Positions 41,658 through 54,999 of a DNA stretch of 64,000 bases are shown here, one piece after another. Location: contig OX597823.1 of assembly GCA_951406725.2 (NCBI GenBank), positions 31,000,001-31,064,000 of the forward strand, in the 5' to 3' direction. Source of the DNA: Octopus vulgaris (taxonomy: Eukaryota). The position numbers were made by a program, and so were the translations under genes. Within the stretch, counting starts at the first letter, position 1, and the number at the start of each line of letters is the position of its first letter. The notes below the pieces were generated by a model that saw only the letters and a list, made by a program, of their open reading frames with translations, was not told the origin of the DNA and searched no databases.

Positions 41658-42029
41658 CTAGCAGTATCGCCCGGTGTTGCTCGGGTTTGTAAAGGAAATA
41701 ACTATAAAGTATTTTTAGAGAGTTATAGCCAAAAAAATGGAAAAAAATGATGGTAAATTTTTTTTTTAGTTAAAAAGGTCGAGTCGCGTCCCCTAGACAG
41801 TCTGTGGTTTGTGTTTCTGATTCTCGACTCCATGTCGAATTTATCGATTTTTTTCAGAACTGGGGGAACTTTTCAAAATTTTCGCTGCGTTAGTTTTGAA
41901 TTATGACATTGGGCTATGTGTGTGTCAAGTTTCATCAGAATCGGTTGAAAGCCGTGGTCAGGGTGAGGGTACAACCTGACAGACACACAGAAACACACAC
42001 AGACAAACTGCCGTTTATATATAGAGAGA
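41658..42029 (-). mobile_element. non-autonomous Helitron, 372 bp
   Basis: Minus strand A|TCTC...CCCGAGCAACACCGGG..CTAG|T with no TSD; the empty site is visible in the opposite Penelope arm. Confidence 0.93.
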
Positions 42030-42140
42030 TAATATATTATCTTATAATATATCATTATAAGATTGTAAATAAAACGTGAAAATCAAACAAGGTTGGAATT
42101 CTTTTTATTAATATATTCTTCTATACACAATCACACACAC

Positions 42141-42195
<55 letters not shown>

Positions 42196-42374
42196 CATTT
42201 GGATAAATGTAAGTGTGTGTATGTGTGTATAGATGCATATATGTGACATATATATTTATATATATATTTGCATATACACACAGACACACACTGTGATTTA
42301 TAAACAGACACGCACTCATATCACGTAAGCACTAACACGTATCTAGAAGCTTGTAGGAGTTCTTGCTGATCACA

Positions 42375-42592
42375 TACGAGGGGCTGCTGAAAAGTTCCTG
42401 ACTTTGGGTTAAAGAAAATACAGGAGGATCGGTTAATTATGATTTTATTGAGCATATTCCCTTCTCAGATTCACACACTTATTGCAGCGGTCCTTCAGTT
42501 TTTCTAAGCCCTGTAAAAGAACTCGGAAGTTCGGGTCTCCAGCCAGGGCTTATGCGATACCCGTAAAGCCCAAAACTTTTCGGCACCTACTA
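42375..42592. mobile_element. mariner-type MITE
   Basis: TACGAGGGGCTGCTGAAAAGTT with a degenerate mirror AACTTTTCGGCACC. Confidence 0.55.
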
Positions 42593-43006
42593 ATATGTAC
42601 ACTTGGAGTTGAATCATTGTGTAACCAAGATGATCTGATCATCTGATGAAATGACTTTCTTTATTTGTATTGATTTGTGAATATAAAATTGTATTGTGTA
42701 ATGTGTAGAATGCATATTAGGGTAGACATGTAAACATAATGTTATTATACAATGAAATTATTATTACACGATGGATTTCTCAGAACAACAAGTGATTAAG
42801 TAAATATATTCACCTCTCATACCTCCTGACTTTTTACGGTTTATACACTAATAAAATAATTTCATGGATTGGATCTCCTGGATTTCAGCTTCCTGGAATT
42901 CTGCGTTGTACTCGTCTGTATTGGATTATTATGCGGTCAGATAGCTGAGGCCGCTGTCGGAGCTTTATGTGATGGCTACACGATTCTCTGAATCCATAGA
43001 TTACAC

Positions 43007-43036
<30 letters not shown>

Positions 43037-43038
<2 letters not shown>

Positions 43039-44307
43039 GGGTTGTCCGGAAAGTTCGTACCGATTTTTAAAGGAAAGAAAAAGGTCAATAAATACTTGCC
43101 TTCACATTTTTAATCAACCAAATATGATTGCACAATGCGTCCCATCTTTCCTTTAATTTGAAAATATCCTCTTTCCAGAATTGAGGTAGTTTCATGGCAA
43201 AGAATTCATCAAGGTATCTTTTTACGTCATCCAAGGAATTGAAATTTTTACCATTGAGACTATTCTGCAGAGACCTGAATAAGTGGAAATCCGAAGGAGC
43301 AATATCTGGTGAATATGGAGTGTGATGCAACACATCCCAGCCGAGTTGCAGCAATTTTTGTCTGATTCTGAAAGAAACGCGCGGTCTTGCATTATCATGC
43401 TGGAAAACAACACCCTTCCTCTTGGCCAATTCTGAACGTTTCTCTTGAATTGCTGCTTTTAACTAATCCAGTTGTGTGCAGTATTTCTCAGAATTAATTG
43501 TCTGGTTATTTAGGAGAAGCTCATAGTACAGAATTCCTTTCCAGTCCCACCAAACACAAAGCAAGACTTTTTTTAGGGTGAAGACCCGCTTTTGGGGTGG
43601 CTAAGGGTGGCTCGTGTCGTTTACTCCAGGATCACTTTCTCAGAACATTTTAGTAGATAATCCATTTCTCATCACCTGTCACAATTTGCTTTAAAAAAGG
43701 CGCGTTTTCATTCCGTTTATAAAGCGAATCACAGATGGAAATGCGATCCAAAAGGTTCTTCTCACTCAACTCTTGTGGTACCCAAACATCGTAGCGATTT
43801 GTGTACCCAAGCTTTACCAGGTGCTCATGAACGACGGATTTTGATAGGTTGAGGCTTTCTGCCAATTCTCGAGTTGTGCAATGTGGGTTATTCTCAATTA
43901 ATGACTTGATTTGGTCATCATCTGTAGTGGATGGTCTGCCTGGTCGCTCTTTATCAATAAGGCTACAATCTCCCGCTCGGAACCTTTTGAACCACTTCCA
44001 TACAGTTCTTTCGGATAAAGAAACATCTCCGTAATCTGCGCATATTTCTTTTGTTGTTTGTGAGGCATTTTCCCCTTTACGGAAAAAGAAAAGCATCAAT
44101 TGGCGGAAATGAACTTTTTCTTCCATTTTAAAGGGTTACAGAATTAACACAGGTTATAGGAACATAACCTTCTTCCATGAAAAGATAGCTTAAACTGTGC
44201 TCTAAATGGAGGTGTAGTAAAATCCTATTTTATGAACTCAACCATGTTCTAAAATAAGTCGAAAGGTAAGCTACTATAAATCGGCACGAACTTTCCGGAC
44301 AACCAAA
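43037..44307 (-). mobile_element. full-length degenerate mariner (D,D34D) in (TA)n
   Basis: TIRs TTGGGTTGTCCGGAAAGTTCGTACCGATTT / AAATCGGCACGAACTTTCCGGACAACCAAA; ORF pieces WVPQEL, TGDEKW, HDNARP, YSPDIAPSDFHLF with stops and frameshifts. Confidence 0.95.
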
Positions 44308-44335
44308 TATATATACGTATAGATGTATGTACATA

Positions 44336-44426
<91 letters not shown>

Positions 44427-44692
44427 CATACACAAACACACACATACACACACACATATATATATATACACACACACATACATACATACACACACAAACA
44501 CATATATATATATACACATACATACATACACACATACACATATATATATAGTGTAGGTATCAGTTAGGGGAGTTTAATACCTCTAAAAGATAATCAAATC
44601 CAAAGTCGCTCCTGGTTATTACCTGGGTAGGTACAGTCATTTGTAAAGTTGTACGGTAGCAGGTGGTTCGGTTTGTAGACTGTGGTTTAGGT

Positions 44693-45304
44693 TATATAGG
44701 AGAAGAAAATGGATGTAATAACAAGGGGAGACTCGTTGTTTTTGCTGGTATGCCTTTAATTTAATTAGGAAACAAAGGAGAAGGAAGCAAAGATGAAGGT
44801 AGCATTTACGATCGTTTCTATTTACTAGTTTTAGTAAATCTCTTCAGAATGCGAAAATAGATAGGTACATCGGTTAGGATGCGAAAATAATTGATACATA
44901 TGTGATGGTAATAGAAGAAAAGATAGTAAGTCTTACATTAAATTTTGTTCTTGCGCTGGTAATTTCGCTGGGGATAGGTTTCATTGCAATAGTATTGTTA
45001 GTTTCGTTGGGCAATTAGAACGGGGTGAATATTATTTTGGTGTGGGTTTCCGAGTTTGACTAAGCGCATTTTATCGCACGTGTGTATTAAATTTATTTTT
45101 ATTTTTATTCACCGGCGGTGTAAGTAAAGGGAGGGAGTAACTCTAACTTAGGGTGAAAAGGGGAGCTGAAGAGATTTACCAGTAAATCGAAACGATCGAA
45201 AATGCTACCCTCATCTTTGCTGACTTCTTTGTTTTCTAATTAAATTAAAGGCATACCAGCGAAAACGACGAGTTTCCCCCTTGTTATTACATCCATTTTC
45301 TTCT

Positions 45305-45311
<7 letters not shown>
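44693..45311. mobile_element. HHR-bearing fold-back element (arms 44693-44847 and 45166-45311)
   Basis: Diverged inverted arms. Minus-strand HHR at 44802-44852: GCATT-CTGAAGA-GATTTACTA..TAGTAAATA-GAA-ACGATCGT-A-AATGC. Confidence 0.88.
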
Positions 45312-45383
<72 letters not shown>

Positions 45384-45416
45384 AAGGGTGAAAAGGAACA
45401 CACGAGTTGATATATA

Positions 45417-45604
45417 TGAAAAAAACAAGTCAAAATAGAAAATGCTAAAATAATTTTATAAAGAACATTTCAGTACCGTTTTCGGTCATTTTGAGACCTT
45501 TTCAACTGTAACCGTTACAGTTGAAAAGGTCTTAAAATGACCGAAACCGGTACTGAAATGTTCTTTATAAAATTATTTTAGCATTTTCTATTTTGACTTG
45601 CTTT

Positions 45605-45609
<5 letters not shown>
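45417..45609. mobile_element. near-perfect 193 bp palindrome with U3:A8 HHR on each strand
   Basis: Centred on 45513. Plus-strand HHR at 45518-45555: CAG-TTGAAAA-GGTC..GACC-GAA-ACCGGT-A-CTG. Confidence 0.92.
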
Positions 45610-45655
<46 letters not shown>

Positions 45656-46548
45656 GATTCATGAATCGAGGTGTAGAAAGAAAGTTAGCTTCAAGCAATC
45701 CGTAGTACATATAAAAAAACAACTTTCAGCGACATTAGTGGTTTATTAAGACGGAAGATAGTGGATTTATATATATATACATACATACATACATACAAGC
45801 ATACATACATATATATATATACATACATACATACATACACACATACATCCATACATACATACATACATACATACATACATACATACATACATACATACAT
45901 ACATACAGACAGACAGACACATACATACATATAAATACAAATATATGCAAAACTGTATATTTGTATCTATGTATATGTATGTGCGTATATGCACGTATAT
46001 ACACATACATGAAGTCATATCTTCACTGTACGCAATCGCCCATATAGAATACCTCACTGTCTAAATCAAATCGGCGACAGGTGAAAGCTAGCTCTTCACC
46101 TACGCACACAAGAGCACACATAAACACAAATATACTTACAAACACCCACGTGTACGCACCGACAAACAGGTACACGCGTGCGCGCACACAAACATTTACG
46201 CAGATTTCCAAGAATATACAAATAGACATATTTATATTGTAATTAGAGATAGATGAAAGACGGTCTGTCGTAAAAATGCAACAGATACCAGAGTTCTTAT
46301 AGAAAGGTGTGCTGGAAACAATGAAGGTAAGAGCGGAAGTATAAAAATGATCATTCAATTGGTTACAATATAAATCTCTCTTAAAGAAATTTACTGGTCC
46401 TTTGTGATTTTGCCGCTTTTTGTAGATCGGTATTTACGTTGTTTTGCTTTATTTTTTCCCTTCCGTAAATGTTTGCCAGCATATGTGAATGCCTGTTTGT
46501 GTGTTTATTCATTTTTACCTGTGGCATGCAATTTATAAATACGTGTGC

Positions 46549-46585
<37 letters not shown>

Positions 46586-46653
46586 CATACACATGTATGT
46601 ATGCATGTATGTATATATTTTTGTATGTATATATATATATGTATATATTTTTG

Positions 46654-46697
<44 letters not shown>

Positions 46698-46850
46698 CAT
46701 ATATATATATATATATATGCATATATATAACATAGCACATGTAGGTATCTATCAATCTATTTCTCCCCATACATGTCTATACATGTGTGTGTGTGTGTAT
46801 GTGTGTGTGTGTTTGTGTTTATACACGCATACATTCATACATACATTCTT

Positions 46851-46899
<49 letters not shown>

Positions 46900-47402
46900 T
46901 ACATTTGTGTATGTGTTTACCTGTGTGCGTGTGAGTGAGTACATGGTGGTGGTAGCGGTGGAGGACGGTTATACACTTCGGACAAGACCGCCATGTTCGT
47001 ATTTCGTTTGTTGCGCAGTTGTTTAGGAATCGTTTCTGTTAATAACGATATTCTTCATTCTAGACTTTACTGTTTGTTCCAGTTCTCCTTTCTTGCTTGT
47101 CTGTTCCTTTCATCCTAGTTCACCAGACTAATATTAAAGGTAGGATAGAGACGGTGCTGTTAGATATTAAACAGGACGCAAACAGCTTAAAAAGAGATGA
47201 GAGCAATGCTTGTAACACTCAGACAGCGAGTTTTCTTCTCTCATGTTATGGGTTTTGTTATGTATTTGTGTTCTGTTTTTTTTTAATGACATTTTTTTTC
47301 TTTTAATGTAGAGAAAGTTAAAAATATTGTGTAATGTATGTACGTATGTATGTTATGTATGTATGAAATGTATGCATGGTATATGTGTGTTTGCATATAC
47401 AT

Positions 47403-47455
<53 letters not shown>

Positions 47456-47503
47456 AATAAGCGTATATATATGTGTGTGTGTGTATGTATATATATATAC
47501 ATA

Positions 47504-47541
<38 letters not shown>

Positions 47542-48154
47542 AACGTACATACTTGCATACATACGTACGCACATACATACAAACATACAAACATACATAT
47601 GTACATACGTACGTACGTTACCTACCTACCTACATACATACCTACAGACATACATATTTACATACATATATACATACATACATATTGTATAGCTGCAAAA
47701 ATTAGGAATGATATGATGAAATAGTGTATGAGACAGAGGCAAAAAGATAGTAAGAGAAAGTAAAGAGAAAGATAGGAAGAGAATGTAAGAGACAGAGAGA
47801 AAGAGGGAGGGAAAGAGGGGTGAGAGAATGGGGGCGAGTAGTAAATAAACGCAAAGGCATTGAGTTCAAAAGTAGCTGTAAATCAAGAAAATTTCACTTC
47901 ACTTAGGCGCCATATTTGTTATTCGACAGGAAACCGATGTTAAAAAACTAACAACAATAACAACAACAACAACAACAACAAACGAAAAACAAGGAAAATA
48001 ACAAAAATCCAATAACCAATAAAGAAAAGAAGAAAAAACAAAGTTAAAATAACATGAAAAAGAAACTTGCAAATTACATATATGCATATGTTTTTATGTA
48101 TACATGTATGTATATATATATATTTGTGTATATGTACATATATATGTGTGTATG

Positions 48155-48315
<161 letters not shown>

Positions 48316-49099
48316 GTATCATATATGTTAGTTTACAAAATGTACAAAACGTAAACAGTCTGCATATTAAGATGTGGAGCGATTAAAAATTGTGAAATTA
48401 GAAATTGGTGATTTTGTATTTCGTTTGATTATTTTCCGCCATGTTTTCATACAAGTCTGTGTGTCTGTCCGCTCTTTCTCTTCGCGTGTTTGTGTAAATA
48501 TCATGGTATACGTACATTAAAGCAACGAATTGGCAGGGTTATTAGAGTGTCGGGTTTAAACCGGCTTTCGGTGATTGCCTGTAATTCACAAGCCTGCGAG
48601 TTCAAATCCCGCTGTGGTCCATTTTACCTTGAATTCTTTCGAGGTCGCTTATTAATATACCCGTTCTACCTCTTCGCGTTTCGTTGGCTAAAACCAGCGA
48701 GTATCTCTATCTTTTCTTCGAATAACATTGGTGGTGTGGAAGAGGTGAGATGATGTTTTTCATTACTAAGCAGTAACGGAAGTTATTTCTGTTTTGCGAC
48801 GATGTCGTTGAACCCTCCCTCCAAAACTGCTCGTTCCTAAATACGAAACCATTAATAGAAGGCCGTACAGAATTATAGTACATAGTTATGCTTTAATCAA
48901 ACATTTCTTGTGCCAAATCGTGCTCAGGTGCCAACTTGCTTTTTCATTTTTGCATCGACGAGGTGCAACCGAATATATTCTTTTCTATAATTTCTAATTG
49001 TTACTTCTGTGTGTCTTTGTGTTTCATATTTAGGCGTCACCAATGATGTGGAGACAAACATACACACACATATACACACACACTTGCACACACACACAC

Positions 49100-49159
<60 letters not shown>

Positions 49160-49408
49160 ACACTCAAACACATACACGCACTGAAGCTCACACACACATG
49201 CATACACGCGCACGCTAAAACACACACTTTCACACACATTCAAGCACGCACGCACACGTGCAAACACATGCACACGCACATGCATATACACTCAAACTTA
49301 CACGCACTCGAACGACACACGAACGACACACGAACGCGCACGTACACACACACACATGCACACATACGCACACAAACACATTCACGCACACACACACACG
49401 AACACGCA

Positions 49409-49476
<68 letters not shown>

Positions 49477-50692
49477 AAACTGAAATGAAGGGATGAGTCC
49501 ATCACCATGTGGGGAAAACGCCTCATCACCACCAAAAACACTCAATTGATGAGATAGACTCAACGTGGTCACTCGATCTGCAAGAAATAGCTGTCAAATT
49601 GTTCTCAGATCATATCGTCTTATCCTCTCGTCTTCGAAAAAATCTCGTTGTGTATTATGTATTCTGTAAATATAAATTCTACTGTTTCTGAACACAGTCA
49701 CGGCTGGAGTCCTTTGGATCATAGTTCTGCACGATCAGTGCTGACCTGGGTATACACAACAACAACAACAACATCAACAACAGATAAAGAAATGTACAAA
49801 TGAATGATTAAAAGCTTATGCAGGAAATGTGACGAATTTCGGGTGTTTTAAGTACAGAATGTCCGAGAACAAGTTGTGGTGATGATGTCAGTATAACACA
49901 CAACTCAGTGATTTGTGATAAGATCACAGCTTGAACGGAAGTGTTGCGATAACGAATATATACATATGCGCATAATGGGCATGTGTGTGTATGCGTGCGT
50001 GTGTGTATGTGTATGTGCGCGCGCGTGTGTATGTGTGTGTGTGTGTGTGCGTGTGTGTACATACATACATACACAAGTATGTATAGCGATCTATGCGCTT
50101 GTGCGTGTGTGTAGGTATGAAACCATAGGAGCTGATTTACTGAACATTAAACTGCTATTTCTAGCAAATCGATTGACCGCGTAAGCGCTATCAAGTAGTC
50201 ACATACACACGCATAATCATGTGTGTGTGTGTATGCTTTATGTTGGTATGTGTTCGTGGGTGTATATTTGCGAGTATATATGAAATTTAAGTAAATGGTA
50301 GAACCAAATTGCCTGTTTCTATAAATAATGTTTAAATTTTGCACACATGTTGTACATTCATGCAAACACGTGCGCATATGTGTGTGTGTGTACATATATC
50401 TATATATATGCGTGTGTGTATGTATATATATATAGATATACACATACTTACATAATGCATACAAACATATATACATGGGTGCCACCGATGTATGAAATTC
50501 CCAGTCTTATCGTTAATGGCACGAAACTGGGTATTAATATTTTCTGTCGATAACTGACGAAGAATTAGGGTCATTGTGTCCTACATATATGTTTTGTAGC
50601 ATTTAATGTATTTTTCATGTATAGAATAACTGATCGCCACGCATCCCGACTTTTGCCAACAGCAAGTTTGTATGTATACACACACACACACA

Positions 50693-50732
<40 letters not shown>

Positions 50733-50754
50733 TGTTTGTATGTATGTATGTATC

Positions 50755-50854
<100 letters not shown>

Positions 50855-52666
50855 TATACATACATACATACATATATTTGTATGTGTGTTTGTATGTATG
50901 CACATATACATATATCTATACGTATATAGTCAACAGATGAGATACAGAGATTCTAGCTATAGAGAACATTTAGTAGCGCTTAAATAATTCGAACTTAGAG
51001 TCCGATGTCTTTATGAGGGACCCATTCCACGAAGTAAAATGTGGCTATAAGAATATTACTGGTGAGCAGACATGGAGACAATTATGCGGATAAGCAAATT
51101 AGATATAATAGCTTGAATGTCAATGTACAACTACGCCAGCTTAATTTAATTCGTCCTTGGTCGAAAAACACCTGTTGTTAATGACCTGTTGTTTGCATTT
51201 GTATTTGTGTACTACTTCTCCATTTTTTCCGTCCTTGCTTTCGTATAAATTCGCTGCTTTCTTCCAAGGAATCTAATGCTCTTAGCTTAGATTTTCCTTG
51301 GGGCTGGCCAGATTGGAGCAGTCTTGAGTATAACCAGCCGAAACTGCAAAGACGATCTGGAACTCGACTGACGAAAGTAAACTCCGAATGCCCTGTAATT
51401 GCTTTTCTTGTCCCTTTTTATATCATTTAACTGTCTAGATGTTTTGTTGTCGCCTGTTGCGTTCTTGTCACATTTTTTGTATTCTTATATATATATATAT
51501 CAGTTGCGTGTGGTGTCGTCTGAGACTGGTCATGCAACAAATGCTTAATGGTTGAGCTGATTCTCTTTGAAATTATTTAACTAAGAGAACGCATTTAGTT
51601 ACATAATATGGCCATGATTTTAGACCGTTACACTGACCAAAACAGATCAGCTGCTTTATCAGGGTACTCGCCAATTTCGAGAAAATAATTGACACTCACT
51701 ACTGGAGCAGTGTACTCCGTACATTAAAAGTCTACGTCTCGCGCACACATTGAACATACACGCATATACATAAACACACACACACACAATGAAAGACAGC
51801 GAAAATTCAACATTGTAAAAAGTTCTAAAAACACTAAACATTTGTTGGGAATAGCAAAAATATGAAATGTTGCAACATGCAAAGAAACGAAGAGATATGA
51901 ATTGCACTTATCTAATGATGAAAGAAAATTTGAAAGAATCTGAAAGAAAATTATTTATACAAAATGATTTATGCATAAACACAGTGTGTGTTTATATTTA
52001 TGTGTGTATGTTTCAGTCATTTGGACAAATATTTCGAAAACCCTAAAGAGATCTTATGCAAGTAATAGTGCATGTGTGAGTGAGTGTGTGTGCGTGAATT
52101 GTAAATCAGTTTCAACAAAACGGAACATAATTTTAGTAAATCAATGGAAGATTAATTAGCTACATTCTATTTCTGATTTCAGAATTTTTTTTTGTTCAAT
52201 ACAGATGGTTAATGATAATAACTTCAAAACTTACGATAGAGTTGAATGGATATTCCAAAGTCACGGCAGCATTTGAGCTGACTAATTAAGAATTATGGGA
52301 TTGTTGATATGTTTTGGTCAGAAGTTTTACGGGTCAAAAACTCAAACCCATTCAACCATGTAGCCTGTCGCGTAAGCGACATCAATTACAAAGAACTATT
52401 GATAAAAAGGAAAGTGAGCCAAAGCTGTATGTAACATGCGTTTTTCTCAACCCATGGCTTGTGGAAGCAAAATGGGGACACAGCGAAGTATCGAATCTGG
52501 ACGGGATTCGTTTGAAACAAAGAAAATATTTTAGCTCAGATTCCAATGATTTGGACAATATTTCAATGAGGTTATAAATACATTACGTTCTTAACTTTAT
52601 TTTTGAGTTATTTGAGAATCAACGTGCATGCAGTGCATAACTAGCATGTTTCGACTGCACGCCACT

Positions 52667-52709
<43 letters not shown>

Positions 52710-52722
<13 letters not shown>

Positions 52723-52979
52723 TGAAGTTGTCTGTGTATGGCAGGTTTGGTATCCTTCAACTTCTCCTCCGAGACCCTGCGTCGCAAGTTGACCAAAACT
52801 GAGAGTTTGATAGAAGAAAGCTTGCTCTTCCTTCCGTACAAGAAAAAATTCAAATCGGATCATGTTAACACCAAAAATTATTTACATCAAAAAAAGCTAT
52901 TTCAACCAGAAAAATGTTCACATAAAGCTACATAATGCAGGGGCGAAACAAACGCAAGCAACGCCGGGCGATACTCCTA

Positions 52980-52980
<1 letters not shown>
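52710..52980 (+). mobile_element. short non-autonomous Helitron in (TA)n
   Basis: Ends GCAACGCCGGGCGATACTCCTAG|T, like the termini at 15621 and 41658; its 5' part resembles the start of the 41658-42029 element. Confidence 0.75.
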
Positions 52981-53038
<58 letters not shown>

Positions 53039-53641
53039 GAGTAATGGAAAATGCACAAGATGTTAATAAATCATTTATATCACCATATCATTGACATATG
53101 GATCTTTCCTTGTAATCTGATCATTTATATATATATTTTAATAGTTATAGTATGACAACAAAAAAATGAATGAGACCTCGATATTATGTAAATAGAGGAA
53201 TTTATCTGTAATATATGTGACAATTATTCGGTTCCACAAGCCCTTTAACATCAGGTGGAAATTGTTAGAAACTTGTGGACCCTATCGCAATGGAAGAAGA
53301 AAAATATATTTTTATATATTTTTCTGTATGGCAGAAAAATATATAATCTTTATGAAATCACATGAGCCAGGACGGAAGCCATGGGGAATTGGCCACATTT
53401 TTGGAAATTTTTACTTAAAAATTGGAAAAACCTAGCTATCAAGCGAAGGAAGACAACTCGCCCGGCCATAATTTTTTAAGAGGAATATTTTTTGAACTAT
53501 CACCGGCGTTCCTGTGTTTTAAAAAAGACATTGTTTGCAGAGAACAGTTATCGTTTAGAAAAACTGAAGATTTGTCTAGTTCACGCTAGATATGAAACCA
53601 ATGTTTTTTCCTAAACTGTTACTTTACACATACAAATATAT

Positions 53642-53716
<75 letters not shown>

Positions 53717-53718
53717 CA

Positions 53719-53754
<36 letters not shown>

Positions 53755-53802
53755 TATTTATATATATATATATATGTATATATATACATACATACATATA
53801 TA

Positions 53803-53892
<90 letters not shown>

Positions 53893-54054
53893 GACCATTG
53901 AAGTCCACCAGCTTTTTTCATTCTCTCTTTCCTTTCTGTTGAAGAGCGTAGGCTCGAAACGTAAAAGATTTTTTGATTTTCCCCGAGCGTCAAACTAAAA
54001 CACTTCCTTGTTGTTCATACATCTGTCTTCGTCTTTTGTTTTGCTATAAATTTC

Positions 54055-54099
<45 letters not shown>

Positions 54100-54999
54100 T
54101 GCATACATACATATATACATAGTAATACGTATATGTGCGTGTGTATGCTTTCACTTTGTATTTATTGGTATTCTTCCCAGAAGGCGGGAGCTGGTATTTC
54201 GATGACAACAGCGATAATTGTCACATATCGAACTTTACTGTTCTACTTACAGATTGTATCTGTGAAATTCTTGTCTGACGATCTTTTATTTTATTTTTTT
54301 TTTGAAAATCATAGTTTTTCCAGACATTTACTAAGATAAATAAGTGCACGAATGATTATTGATATAACGATTATTGGGATAAGTATGAATCGATATTTGT
54401 ATGTATGTATGTATGTATGTATGTATGTATGTATGTATGTATGTATGTATGTATGCATGCATGCATATAAGGCAGGCCTTAGAAGTCATCAGAGAGAAGT
54501 TACACACGCTGTGAGTTTATTATTTATGCATTAAGCGGTAAGGAAAGTGGACAAAATGTGCATTAGGAGGCAGATTGAAACGTCAAATAAAGGGTCACTA
54601 AAAGTATACTGCTACATCTACTGCAAGAGGTGCCCATCGTGGCCATATCCATGTAAAGGAGAGTACGTCCTTAGCATGACTGAAAAGCCACCTCAACGCT
54701 GCTCTTGTTGAAGAGAACAATGAAGCGATGTCATTACTCCAAATCGTGTTGCAGCCACATGTGCTGTATATTTACTAGGAGATTTATATAAATTCTTATT
54801 CATGGAGTTTGCGCTAACAAAGATATAAGACTTATTGAGTTAAGACACTTCCCGGGATTTGTAAATATGAAGTTGAGTTTGTGTGGGTATATACGTATGT
54901 GTATAAACCTGCATTTATTTTCTCTGTGAATATGTCTCTGTAATCTTTAATATATATGTTATATTTCTCTTTTTAATCGAAGATAAAGTTTGATCGGCC

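Larger units (their letters stand above)
38506..42110 (-). mobile_element. Penelope-like element with inverted (tail-to-tail) pLTR
   Basis: Arms 38506-39553 and 40691-42110 (the latter minus the Helitron insert) are near-identical reverse complements around an RT-EN ORF. Confidence 0.95.

Noticed and set aside
51295-51380. GGCTGG/CCAGCC stem plus GAAAC and a nearby CTGACGA
   Set aside because: The parts cannot be assembled into a consistent hammerhead fold by eye.
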